Virus record (IMG/VR): IMGVR_UViG_3300031857_014466
Length of the DNA: 64,000 nucleotides
From: an uncultured virus (IMG/VR IMGVR_UViG_3300031857_014466)
Lineage: Duplodnaviria > Heunggongvirae > Uroviricota > Caudoviricetes
Direction: 5' to 3' (one strand)
The stretch's first letter is position 1, and each line of letters opens with the position of its first letter. Position numbers and translations under genes: made by a program. The notes beneath the pieces were generated by a model. That model was not told the DNA's origin. It ran no database searches and saw only the letters and a list, made by a program, of their open reading frames with translations. Positions 1-8,143 of this stretch are shown here, piece by piece.

Positions 1-188
1 AAGTAGAAGTACAAGAAGATTTTGAATTGATTGGTTGGGATTTTGTTTCTAACCCATCTACACATGGTGCATTTATGGTCCCAATGAATGAGTCCGTAAA
101 TCCACTAAAACAAATTGGTACTGATGTTTGTGGTGAATACTGCAAGGCACAGGATTTAATGAGAGAAATAATAACTGAAATAGTATAA
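1..188 (+). CDS. gp21: Prohead core protein protease (T4 gp21-like), 3' end only
   Basis: The frame starting at nt 3 reads VEVQEDFELIGWDFVSNPSTHGAFM...EIV* (TAA 186-188). DFxLxxxDxVxxPS is the C-terminal motif of T4-like prohead proteases, and the gene lies upstream of scaffold and capsid. It is absent from the ORF track because it is 5'-truncated. Confidence 0.85.
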   Translation, partial: VEVQEDFELIGWDFVSNPSTHGAFMVPMNESVNPLKQIGTDVCGEYCKAQDLMREIITEIV

Positions 189-189
189 G

Positions 190-747
190 ATGAGCAAGAA
201 TTTTGATATATACAGCTACGTTCACAACAACAAATTTAAGTTGGATGTTAAAGAACCAAAGCATGTAACTAAAGTAGCTAAGGGATACAATGATATTCGT
301 AAGACTGCAATTAACGAAGTAAAGATTAAAGATGGTAAGTTCTCTATTAAAGAGAATTTGGAACAACCTGATAGAAAATTATCTTTAGAAGTTAAAAAGC
401 ACTTCTTAGAAATCATTTCAACTTACAATACTTTCCAAGACCAAATGAAACGTAATTCAGATATGACTGAAATTGCAGAAACATTAGGTGCTATTACCGA
501 AGCTGCAAAAGAATTATCACTTAGAGAAGCTAACGATTGGTTTGATGCTCAGACTGTAAAAAGAAATATGAGTGAATTAGATAAGTTGGGTAAGCAATTT
601 GATAAATTTGCTGTTGAAGCAAAAGCAATGGATGAAAGATTACATGCTTTATATGAAGATATGGGTCACATCCTAAATCGTTACTATGAAATCTCTGACA
701 TCCCAACCGATGTAATGAGAGAAAGACTTGCAATGAAAAATAAATAA
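190..747 (+). CDS. Hypothetical protein in head morphogenesis cluster (helical)
   Basis: 185-aa ORF starting 1 nt after the protease stop, with phage-typical codon usage and no recognised family. Confidence 0.75.
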   Translation: MSKNFDIYSYVHNNKFKLDVKEPKHVTKVAKGYNDIRKTAINEVKIKDGKFSIKENLEQPDRKLSLEVKKHFLEIISTYNTFQDQMKRNSDMTEIAETLGAITEAAKELSLREANDWFDAQTVKRNMSELDKLGKQFDKFAVEAKAMDERLHALYEDMGHILNRYYEISDIPTDVMRERLAMKNK

Positions 748-750
748 GAT

Positions 751-1602
751 ATGATTCGTTTAACTGATTTAGCTGGTAAGGGTTCTTTTACTATGGGTGG
801 TAAGAAATTTGAATATGGTAAAGTATATTCTAATCCATATGCAACCGCATTCAAACCTGTAAATGAAGGGGAAGAATCTGAAGACCACGAAGTTTCTATG
901 GCACAAAATCAGTTAGATTCTATTATTAAATCTGCAACTGAATTAAAACAAAAAATGGGTGAAGAAGAAAAGCAAATTCCTGCTTGGATTCAAGACCATA
1001 TTACAAATTCTGAAAACTATATTTCTCAAGCGGCTTCTAATTATCACGAATATGGTGATTCAAATGAAGAAGTAAACGAAGCACCTGCACAAACAAAAGG
1101 TGAAAAAATACAAAGATATAACGATAGAGTTAAAAAACTTAGAGATAAAATTTCATCTACAAAAAATTCAGAACAAAAAATGAAGTATCAAACTACTTTA
1201 AAAGGAATACTTCAAAGACTTTCTGATATAAGAAAAGACCACTCAATTAAAGCACCACATAGAGAAGGTGTAAACGAAGCAGGCCCTTGTTGGAAAGGAT
1301 ATAAGCAAGTTGGAATGAAAAACAAAGGTGGTAAAGAAGTTCCAAATTGTGTTCCAGAAGGAGTAGTAAATGAAGCAAGAAGCGTTGGTGCTATACAAAA
1401 AGATTTTACAAAAGTAATTGTAGCAATTGCATCCGAATTAGAAAAATACAAATCAGTAAAAGGTACTGATAAAGCAAAACAATACATTGCTAATCTTAAA
1501 AAATTAGGCGCAGCAAAAGAAAAATTAGAAGCTGAAATGGATTATGTTGTTAGTAACATATACGTTGATGCTGAATTACAAGAAGGTTGCGGTTGTAAAT
1601 AA
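751..1602 (+). CDS. Putative internal head protein built of short modules separated by VNE(A/G) motifs
   Basis: 283 aa. Modules include DHEVSMAQ..PAWIQDHIT..ENYI and GPCWKGYKQVGMKNKGGKEVPNCVP, separated by VNEG/VNEA, which resembles prohead-protease [ILV]-x-E sites. Confidence 0.6.
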   Translation: MIRLTDLAGKGSFTMGGKKFEYGKVYSNPYATAFKPVNEGEESEDHEVSMAQNQLDSIIKSATELKQKMGEEEKQIPAWIQDHITNSENYISQAASNYHEYGDSNEEVNEAPAQTKGEKIQRYNDRVKKLRDKISSTKNSEQKMKYQTTLKGILQRLSDIRKDHSIKAPHREGVNEAGPCWKGYKQVGMKNKGGKEVPNCVPEGVVNEARSVGAIQKDFTKVIVAIASELEKYKSVKGTDKAKQYIANLKKLGAAKEKLEAEMDYVVSNIYVDAELQEGCGCK

Positions 1603-1647
1603 TTTCTAAAGATTTTTTTAGAAAATAACGTTTTCATTAATTTTTAT

Positions 1648-1655
1648 ATATTTAT
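1648..1655 (+). promoter_or_regulatory. Candidate late promoter motif ATATTTAT upstream of scaffold/capsid
   Basis: The same motif recurs in at least ten intergenic gaps upstream of structural genes. Confidence 0.5.
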
Positions 1656-1799
1656 TCTTACAATAACACATTTCTATATGTGTTTTTTATTGGTAAATGA
1701 ATACTCTCCTTTATGAGAAGTGACCGAAACGCCAATTAACAAATTCTATTTAAGCTCAATATTACAATAGCTTAACAAATCCTACAAATAAGGAAAAAA

Positions 1800-2897
1800 A
1801 TGGCAAGTTCAAAATTGTTGAAAGAAGCTATCGCTGATGCTAAAGCTGTACGTGAAACTGCTATTGCTAATGCTAAAATCGCTCTAGAAGAAGCATTTAC
1901 TCCAAGACTACAATCTATCCTTTCTAAGAAGCTTCAAGCTGAAATGGAAGGTGATGAAGAAGAAAAAGTTGAAGAGAATAATGATACTACTAGCGGTATT
2001 GGTACTGGTGATAACAAAATGCCTGCAGACAAAGCTAACGATGCTGACACTGACCTTAGCGGTATTGCTAAGCAATCAGGAGAGCCTGGTTCTGAAGTTG
2101 AAGACTACGATAAGGTAAAAGACCTTAACGAAGAAGAAGGCGAAGAAGAAAAAGGCGAAGAAGAAGTTCACGAAGGTGAAGACATGGCTCCGGAAATGGA
2201 TGGCATGGATGCTGAAGATGAAGATGAATTAGATTTAGAATCTATCATCAGAGAATTGGAAGCACAAATCGCTGAAGAAGAAGGCGAAGAAGAAATGCCG
2301 GCTGAAGAGCCAGCAGTAGAAGGTGAAGAAGCTCCAGTAGCTGTTGAACCTGAAGCTGAACCTGCAGTTGAAGCTGAAGAAGTTCCAACTGAAGAACCAG
2401 CTCACGATGAAGAAGAAATCGACTTAGATGAAATCTTACGTGAAATGGGATATGGTGATGACGAAGAAAAAGTTGAAGAAGCAGAAGAACCAGCACATGA
2501 CGAAGAAAAAGAGAAAATGGCTGAGGAACTTAAAGAAGCTTATGCAGCAATCAAATCTTTGAAATCAACTATCAACGAAGTAAATTTGTTAAACGCAAAA
2601 TTACTTTTCGCAAACAAATTGTTCCGTTCTTATAACTTAACAAACGAACAAAAAGTTAAGGTTGTTGAGAATTTAGACAGAACTACTTCTGTAAGAGAAG
2701 TTAAATTGGTTTACGCAACTTTAGCAGAAAGCATGAAGTTTACTGGTACTGAAAGAAAAGTAGCAGCTAAGAAGACAATGACCGAAGGGTTTGCTTCTAA
2801 GCCACAAGCTACAACAGCTCCAGCAAAAGAAATCATCGCTGAAAGCTCAAACGAATTAGCTAACCGCTTTAAGCAATTAGCTGGTATCGTAAAATAA
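1800..2897 (+). CDS. Prohead scaffolding/core protein (gp22-like position)
   Basis: 365 aa with a very Glu/Asp-rich centre, coiled-coil ends and C-terminal RFKQLAGI; directly upstream of the major capsid gene. Confidence 0.8.
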   Translation: MASSKLLKEAIADAKAVRETAIANAKIALEEAFTPRLQSILSKKLQAEMEGDEEEKVEENNDTTSGIGTGDNKMPADKANDADTDLSGIAKQSGEPGSEVEDYDKVKDLNEEEGEEEKGEEEVHEGEDMAPEMDGMDAEDEDELDLESIIRELEAQIAEEEGEEEMPAEEPAVEGEEAPVAVEPEAEPAVEAEEVPTEEPAHDEEEIDLDEILREMGYGDDEEKVEEAEEPAHDEEKEKMAEELKEAYAAIKSLKSTINEVNLLNAKLLFANKLFRSYNLTNEQKVKVVENLDRTTSVREVKLVYATLAESMKFTGTERKVAAKKTMTEGFASKPQATTAPAKEIIAESSNELANRFKQLAGIVK

Positions 2898-2921
2898 CAA
2901 TCCATAAAAAAATAAAATAAA

Positions 2922-4589
2922 ATGGCAAATTTTGATTTAGGAAAACTTATGGAAGGCAAGAACCCACAGGCAGTAATGCTTGCTGAAACTCGTCAATTGA
3001 GAAACAAATGGGAAAAAACTGGTCTTCTTGAAGGTTTAAAAGAAAGAGAGCAACACTCTATGGCAGTGTTGTTAGAGAACCAAGCTAAGCAATTGCTTGA
3101 CGAGGCTACTCAAACTGGTACTTCAGCAGGTTCTGAAGAATGGTCTGGTGTTGCATTACCATTAGTAAGAAGAATCTTTGGTGAAATCGCTGCGAAAGAA
3201 TTCGTTAGTGTTCAACCAATGAACCTTCCTTCTGGTCTTGTATTCTTCTTAGATTTCAAATATGGTTCTCTTCAAGGTGGTGAGCCAGACAAATTCGCTG
3301 CAAAATCACTTTTTGGTGGTACTAACGTAACTGGTTCTACAGCTAACTTTGGTAGAACTAACGCAGCTGTAAACGGTCTTTACGGTGAAGGTAGAAGTGG
3401 TTATTCAGTAAATGATGCATCTGTATCAGTTTCTACTGGTTTAATTACTTCAGCATCTGCTACATGGGCTGATTTAGGATTTGATGCAGCACTTTCTGCA
3501 TCTGCTGCAGCTAACCAAGTTATTAAGTTGACTATAGCTAAAAGTAATATTTCTTCAGTAGCTGATACTGAATCAGTAAGAACTTTTGCAGCTCAAAACT
3601 CAAAAATTGGTTCACAATTACCACAATACAACTATGTATCTGGTACTAACGTAGTATTATTTGTATCTGCATCTTCTGCTGTATCTCTTTATCAAGGAGT
3701 ATCTTCAGCACCAGGAACAGCTACTATCACTTACTCTGAGCAACCAGTTGCTTCAGATAGAGGTGACTTCGAAGATGGAACTTTAAACAGTGCAGGTAAC
3801 ACAACAACTGCATTGGATATTCCTGAAATTGATCTTGAGTTGAAATCAGAGGCTATCGTTGCTAAGACTCGTAAGTTGAAAGCAGTTTGGACTCCTGAAT
3901 TAGCGCAAGACTTAAACGCTTACCATTCAATTGATGCAGAAGCTGAATTAACTTCTATGTTATCTGATTATATCTCTTTAGAGATTGATCTTGAAATCTT
4001 AGATATGTTAAAAGCTAACGCATTGACAGTTGATTACTGGTCAGCAACAATTGGTGAAGAATATTTGAACAACGGAGCAACAGGCCAAACAGCTTGGGGT
4101 TCTTCAGTACCTTCTGGTGCAAACACTTACTATACTAAGAATTCTTGGTATCAGACTTTAGGTGTTAAGTTGAACAAAGTTTCTAACAAAATTCATCAAT
4201 TAACACTTCGTGGTGGTGCTAACTTCGTAGTTGCATCTCCTGATGTATGTACTATCTTAGAATCAATTCCTGGATTCACAGTTAACGCTGATAAAGATGC
4301 AATGCAATTTGCAGCTGGTGTTACTGCAGTAGGTTCTATGAGCAACAGATTCACTGTGTACAAAAACCCATATATGACTTCTAACGAAATCTTAATGGGC
4401 TTCAGAGGAAATAACTTCCTTGAGACAGGTGCTGTTTACGCTCCATATGTACCATTGATTATGACTCCATTAGTGTATGACCCTCAGAACTTCACTCCAC
4501 GTAGAGGAGTTATGACTCGTTACGCTAAGAAGATGGTTCGTCCTGAATTCTATGGTAAGATTTATGTTAAAGATTTAGCTAATATCTAA
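2922..4589 (+). CDS. gp23: Major capsid protein (T4 gp23 family)
   Basis: 555 aa with gp23 motifs VQPMNLPSGLVF, AKTRKLKAVWTPELAQDLNAYHSIDAEAEL, YAPYVPL and FTPRRGVMTRYA; highly expressed codon bias. Confidence 0.97.
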   Translation: MANFDLGKLMEGKNPQAVMLAETRQLRNKWEKTGLLEGLKEREQHSMAVLLENQAKQLLDEATQTGTSAGSEEWSGVALPLVRRIFGEIAAKEFVSVQPMNLPSGLVFFLDFKYGSLQGGEPDKFAAKSLFGGTNVTGSTANFGRTNAAVNGLYGEGRSGYSVNDASVSVSTGLITSASATWADLGFDAALSASAAANQVIKLTIAKSNISSVADTESVRTFAAQNSKIGSQLPQYNYVSGTNVVLFVSASSAVSLYQGVSSAPGTATITYSEQPVASDRGDFEDGTLNSAGNTTTALDIPEIDLELKSEAIVAKTRKLKAVWTPELAQDLNAYHSIDAEAELTSMLSDYISLEIDLEILDMLKANALTVDYWSATIGEEYLNNGATGQTAWGSSVPSGANTYYTKNSWYQTLGVKLNKVSNKIHQLTLRGGANFVVASPDVCTILESIPGFTVNADKDAMQFAAGVTAVGSMSNRFTVYKNPYMTSNEILMGFRGNNFLETGAVYAPYVPLIMTPLVYDPQNFTPRRGVMTRYAKKMVRPEFYGKIYVKDLANI

Positions 4590-4622
4590 TCTTTACCGAA
4601 TCTAACGTAATGGTTCAATAAT

Positions 4623-4653
4623 AAAAAGGGGGTGAGAAATCACTCCCTTTTTT
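4623..4653 (+). terminator. Intrinsic terminator after capsid gene
   Basis: AAAAA-GGGGGTGA-GAAA-TCACTCCC-TTTTTT: 8-bp stem (one G-U), GAAA loop and U tract. Confidence 0.85.
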
Positions 4654-4678
4654 ATTTTTACCCCTTTCCAATAAATTA

Positions 4679-4687
4679 ATATTTATA
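4679..4687 (+). promoter_or_regulatory. Candidate late promoter motif ATATTTATA
   Basis: Lies after the terminator and about 25 nt before the neck gene ATG; recurrent motif. Confidence 0.55.
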
Positions 4688-4711
4688 GGTAACGTAAAAT
4701 AATTACTTATA

Positions 4712-5878
4712 ATGGCATTAGAAACACTAATATATCCTGGCTCATCATCATTTTCTGCAGGACAAACACCTTTTGGAATATATGATAGTGATAACGAATT
4801 TCAAACAGATGCTCCTAAAGTTGCACTTTGGTGTGCTAGGAGATTGGGGTATCCTATTCAAAATATAGAATTAATTGATGAGAATTTCTACGCTTGCTTT
4901 GAAGAATCCGTATCTGAATATGGTGCACAAGTAAACCAATTTAATATTAGAAATAATTTAGATACAGTTAGAGGTAAACTAAAAAATACTAATTTATCAA
5001 ACAAATTAGTTCAGGGTTCAAATCTCCCAACACTTATTTCTATTTCCGATGCATATGGAACTTTAGCAGGTGTTGGTGGAAATACTGATATTAAAAAAGG
5101 ATACATTGAATTAGTACCTGGTCAACAGGAATATAATTTAGATACTCTATGGGCAGCAGTTTCTGAAAGTGGAAAACGTATTGAAATTGTAAAAGTATTC
5201 CACGAACCAGTTCCTGCAATCAATAGATTTTTTGACCCTTATTCAGTAAGTGGACAAGGTACTTTAAACTTAATTGATGAATTTGGATTTGGTTCATTCT
5301 CACCGGCAGCACAATTTGTGTTAATGCCAATATTTGAAGATATGTTAAGAATTCAGGCAATTGAATTTAATGACCAATTCAGAAAATCGGCATTTACTTT
5401 TAATATTGTAAATGGCAAAATCCGAGTATTTCCAAAACCAACTTCACAACATATTAATCTTTACGGAAAATTATATTTTGATTATTTTGTAAAAGATGAA
5501 TTTACAGAAAATTCTACAAATATAACACCAAATGTAATTTCTGATTATTCAGATATTCCTTATGATTTTATGGAATATGGTGGAATTAATGATGTTGGTA
5601 AACAGTGGATTAGAAAATATACTTTAGCATTAGTTAAAGAATTATTGGGAGCAGTTAGAGAAAAATATTCTAATATCCCAATTCCGGGCTCAGAAATCAG
5701 TTTAGATGGTGCGGCATTACGAAGTGAAGCACAAACTGAAAAGGAAGCTTTGATGACACAATTAAGAGAAACTTTGGAAGAACTAAGTAGAACTAAACAA
5801 TTTGAGAATAGAAACACAGAAACAAATGCTCATCAAGAAATGTTACGAAAAGTTCCACTTCCAATTTATATAGGTTAA
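4712..5878 (+). CDS. Neck/head-tail adaptor protein (T4 gp13-like)
   Basis: 388 aa with RRLGYP..NIEL near the N-terminus and WIRKYTLALVKELLG.VR.KY..IP.PG..I.LDG near the C-terminus; follows the capsid gene. Confidence 0.8.
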   Translation: MALETLIYPGSSSFSAGQTPFGIYDSDNEFQTDAPKVALWCARRLGYPIQNIELIDENFYACFEESVSEYGAQVNQFNIRNNLDTVRGKLKNTNLSNKLVQGSNLPTLISISDAYGTLAGVGGNTDIKKGYIELVPGQQEYNLDTLWAAVSESGKRIEIVKVFHEPVPAINRFFDPYSVSGQGTLNLIDEFGFGSFSPAAQFVLMPIFEDMLRIQAIEFNDQFRKSAFTFNIVNGKIRVFPKPTSQHINLYGKLYFDYFVKDEFTENSTNITPNVISDYSDIPYDFMEYGGINDVGKQWIRKYTLALVKELLGAVREKYSNIPIPGSEISLDGAALRSEAQTEKEALMTQLRETLEELSRTKQFENRNTETNAHQEMLRKVPLPIYIG

Positions 5879-5882
5879 TATT

Positions 5883-6344
5883 ATGGCAAGATTTGCATTA
5901 GCAAGAGATATAAAATTCTTTGAAGGAATATCTAAGGAATTAGTAGATGCTGTTATAGAAACTGCAGTAGTTCTATATAAACTTGTCATTGAAGATTCAA
6001 AAACAAATCTTTATGGAGAGTCTCTTAGTAAAACATATTATCAAGGAGTTGAATGTACAGCAATAATTCAAAGAGATGAAACAACAGCAAATTATGAAGG
6101 ATTTGGTTCTGATGCAAATCAAAACGTACAATTTAGATTTAATAGATTTACGTTAAAAGAAAAAGATTTTTATCCAGAAGTTGGTGATATTATTTTTCAT
6201 AACGATGGGTATTTTGAAATTGATAATGTAACTGAAGATTTTTTAGTTGGTGGTAGAGTTGGTGAAGATGAAAGATTCTCTGTTATATGTTCTACCTTTA
6301 TGACTAGAAGAAGTAATATTCAAACTGAAATGAGAGTAATATAA
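5883..6344 (+). CDS. Head closure/neck protein (T4 gp14-like)
   Basis: 153 aa with NLYGE and PEVGDII...YFEI motifs; follows the gp13-like gene. Confidence 0.7.
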   Translation: MARFALARDIKFFEGISKELVDAVIETAVVLYKLVIEDSKTNLYGESLSKTYYQGVECTAIIQRDETTANYEGFGSDANQNVQFRFNRFTLKEKDFYPEVGDIIFHNDGYFEIDNVTEDFLVGGRVGEDERFSVICSTFMTRRSNIQTEMRVI

Positions 6345-7405
6345 TGGATAAGAAAGAAACAAATAGAGCCAATCAAATTTCAGTAGAAAAAGAATATATC
6401 AAAGGTGTAAAACTTATTGATATAGATACTACTATTGCAGAATATATGACATCTGTAATAATACCTGAAGTTGAAGAAAATAGTACTAAAATAAAAGTAC
6501 CACTATTATATGGTAATGCGGAAAGGTGGAATAGTGCTAGAAAAGATGGGTATTTAAGAGATTCTAGAGGTAGAATACAAATACCTTTAATAATGTTTAA
6601 AAGAAATTCTATTGAGAGAAACGATTTAATGGCAAATTTTAAAGAAGTAAATAAAATAACAACTTTTAAAAAATATTCTCCAAAAAATAGATATGAAAGA
6701 TTTAGTTTGCAAAACAACGCATCACCATCTTATGATTTGTATAGTGTAAATGTACCCGATTATGTAACTGTAACTTATGAAGTAATGATTTGGACTTCAT
6801 ATACTGAACATATGAATAAAATAGTTGAAGCATTTCAATTTGCAACTGATAGATATTGGGGTAAAGAGGATGGCTACAAATTCAAAGTAAAAATAGATTC
6901 ATTTGATAATCAGCAAGAAGTTGGTTCTGGTAGTGAAAGAATAATTAGAACAACTTTTACTATGGTAGCTAATGCATATCTACTTCCAGAAACTTATAAT
7001 GAAAAGCCGGTAATTAAAAAAACAAGAACTCCAAAAAGAATTGTTTTTGGTGTGGAAACCGATTTAACAGGCAATCTTTTTGTAAATCCATCTCTTTATA
7101 ATGAATATGCACAGGTTATTGATTTTATTGCTGTTAGAGGTTCACAAATGGCAATATTTGTTAATTCAACAACAGTGAAATTAATAAATGTAAAAAAACC
7201 AATACTACCTTCGGAATTAATTGGAGTTTTTGATACAGCTAATTGGTTTAGAATTTATATAAATGGAGATTTTATTTCACCATCTTTATACACATATTCA
7301 TATAATGGTGCTACAAACGAAATACTTTTTACTTTTAGCGGATTGGGATTTGCAATAGAAGCAAACGATGAGGTTGGTATAACTGGAAAATTCCAAGAAT
7401 TATAA
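6344..7405 (+). CDS. Tail terminator/sheath stabiliser (T4 gp15-like) with extra C-terminal beta domain
   Basis: 353 aa with KVPLLYG..ERW and PDYVTVTYEVMIWT..EHMNKIVE motifs; position after gp13/gp14-like genes. Confidence 0.7.
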   Translation: MDKKETNRANQISVEKEYIKGVKLIDIDTTIAEYMTSVIIPEVEENSTKIKVPLLYGNAERWNSARKDGYLRDSRGRIQIPLIMFKRNSIERNDLMANFKEVNKITTFKKYSPKNRYERFSLQNNASPSYDLYSVNVPDYVTVTYEVMIWTSYTEHMNKIVEAFQFATDRYWGKEDGYKFKVKIDSFDNQQEVGSGSERIIRTTFTMVANAYLLPETYNEKPVIKKTRTPKRIVFGVETDLTGNLFVNPSLYNEYAQVIDFIAVRGSQMAIFVNSTTVKLINVKKPILPSELIGVFDTANWFRIYINGDFISPSLYTYSYNGATNEILFTFSGLGFAIEANDEVGITGKFQEL

Positions 7406-7406
7406 T

Positions 7407-7763
7407 ATGAATATTAGACAGTTAAAAAATATTATGAAGGAAATAAACGAACCAAATGAGTTTGAATTATTTTCTCACGATTTAAACAATCCCAATTATT
7501 GGATTTTTAAAGCAGAAAACGTTAGAATAAAAACACTTTTTTCGGAATTAGAAGAATATAGAAAACCTTCCGCAAGATTTGATGTTTTTATAAATGGATT
7601 ATTTATATCTGAAAATGATTACGTTCAAGAGCAAATAGAAAATGATTTTTATATAAATTTTAAAAAAATTAATTTTCCACCTTTTGACCGTTTTGGAAAT
7701 CCATATAAATTGGATGATACAGATGAAATAAAAATAAATGGAGATTTAGAAAATATTAAATGA
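7407..7763 (+). CDS. Small beta-rich virion protein, paralogous to C-terminal domain of upstream gene
   Basis: 118 aa; RFDVFINGLFISENDY...DEIKINGDL matches WFRIYINGDFISPSLY...DEVGITGKF of the previous ORF. Confidence 0.65.
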   Translation: MNIRQLKNIMKEINEPNEFELFSHDLNNPNYWIFKAENVRIKTLFSELEEYRKPSARFDVFINGLFISENDYVQEQIENDFYINFKKINFPPFDRFGNPYKLDDTDEIKINGDLENIK

Positions 7764-8143
7764 GAAGAAAAGTTCCAAATATAAACATTGATACTACGCA
7801 AAAGTTGAGAGATAGACTTGGGTTTAAAGATTTTGTAATTAAAGTCAATACCGATACTTTTATATATTCATATAAACCTGATACTATTTCAGTAAATGAA
7901 GAAATATATTTTACATTAACATTGATTAATAAGAGATTTATTGTAGATTTATTAGAGATAGATAATGTTAAAGATTACATTGATATATATTTATTTGGAG
8001 TAAAACAACCACAAGATAGATATTCTGTTGAAGTAGTTGAAAATAATATAATTGTTACTTTTATAGCTGATATTACAAGACTTCCAAATGAAGTTAAGGT
8101 ATCAGATTTTGAAATCAAAGGTAAAATAGCAGAAGTAGTATAA
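7760..8143 (+). CDS. Small beta-rich virion protein (third paralogous domain)
   Basis: 127 aa; YIDIYLFGVKQPQDRY...DFEIKGKI; overlaps both neighbours (ATGA and TAATG). Confidence 0.65.
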   Translation: MRRKVPNINIDTTQKLRDRLGFKDFVIKVNTDTFIYSYKPDTISVNEEIYFTLTLINKRFIVDLLEIDNVKDYIDIYLFGVKQPQDRYSVEVVENNIIVTFIADITRLPNEVKVSDFEIKGKIAEVV

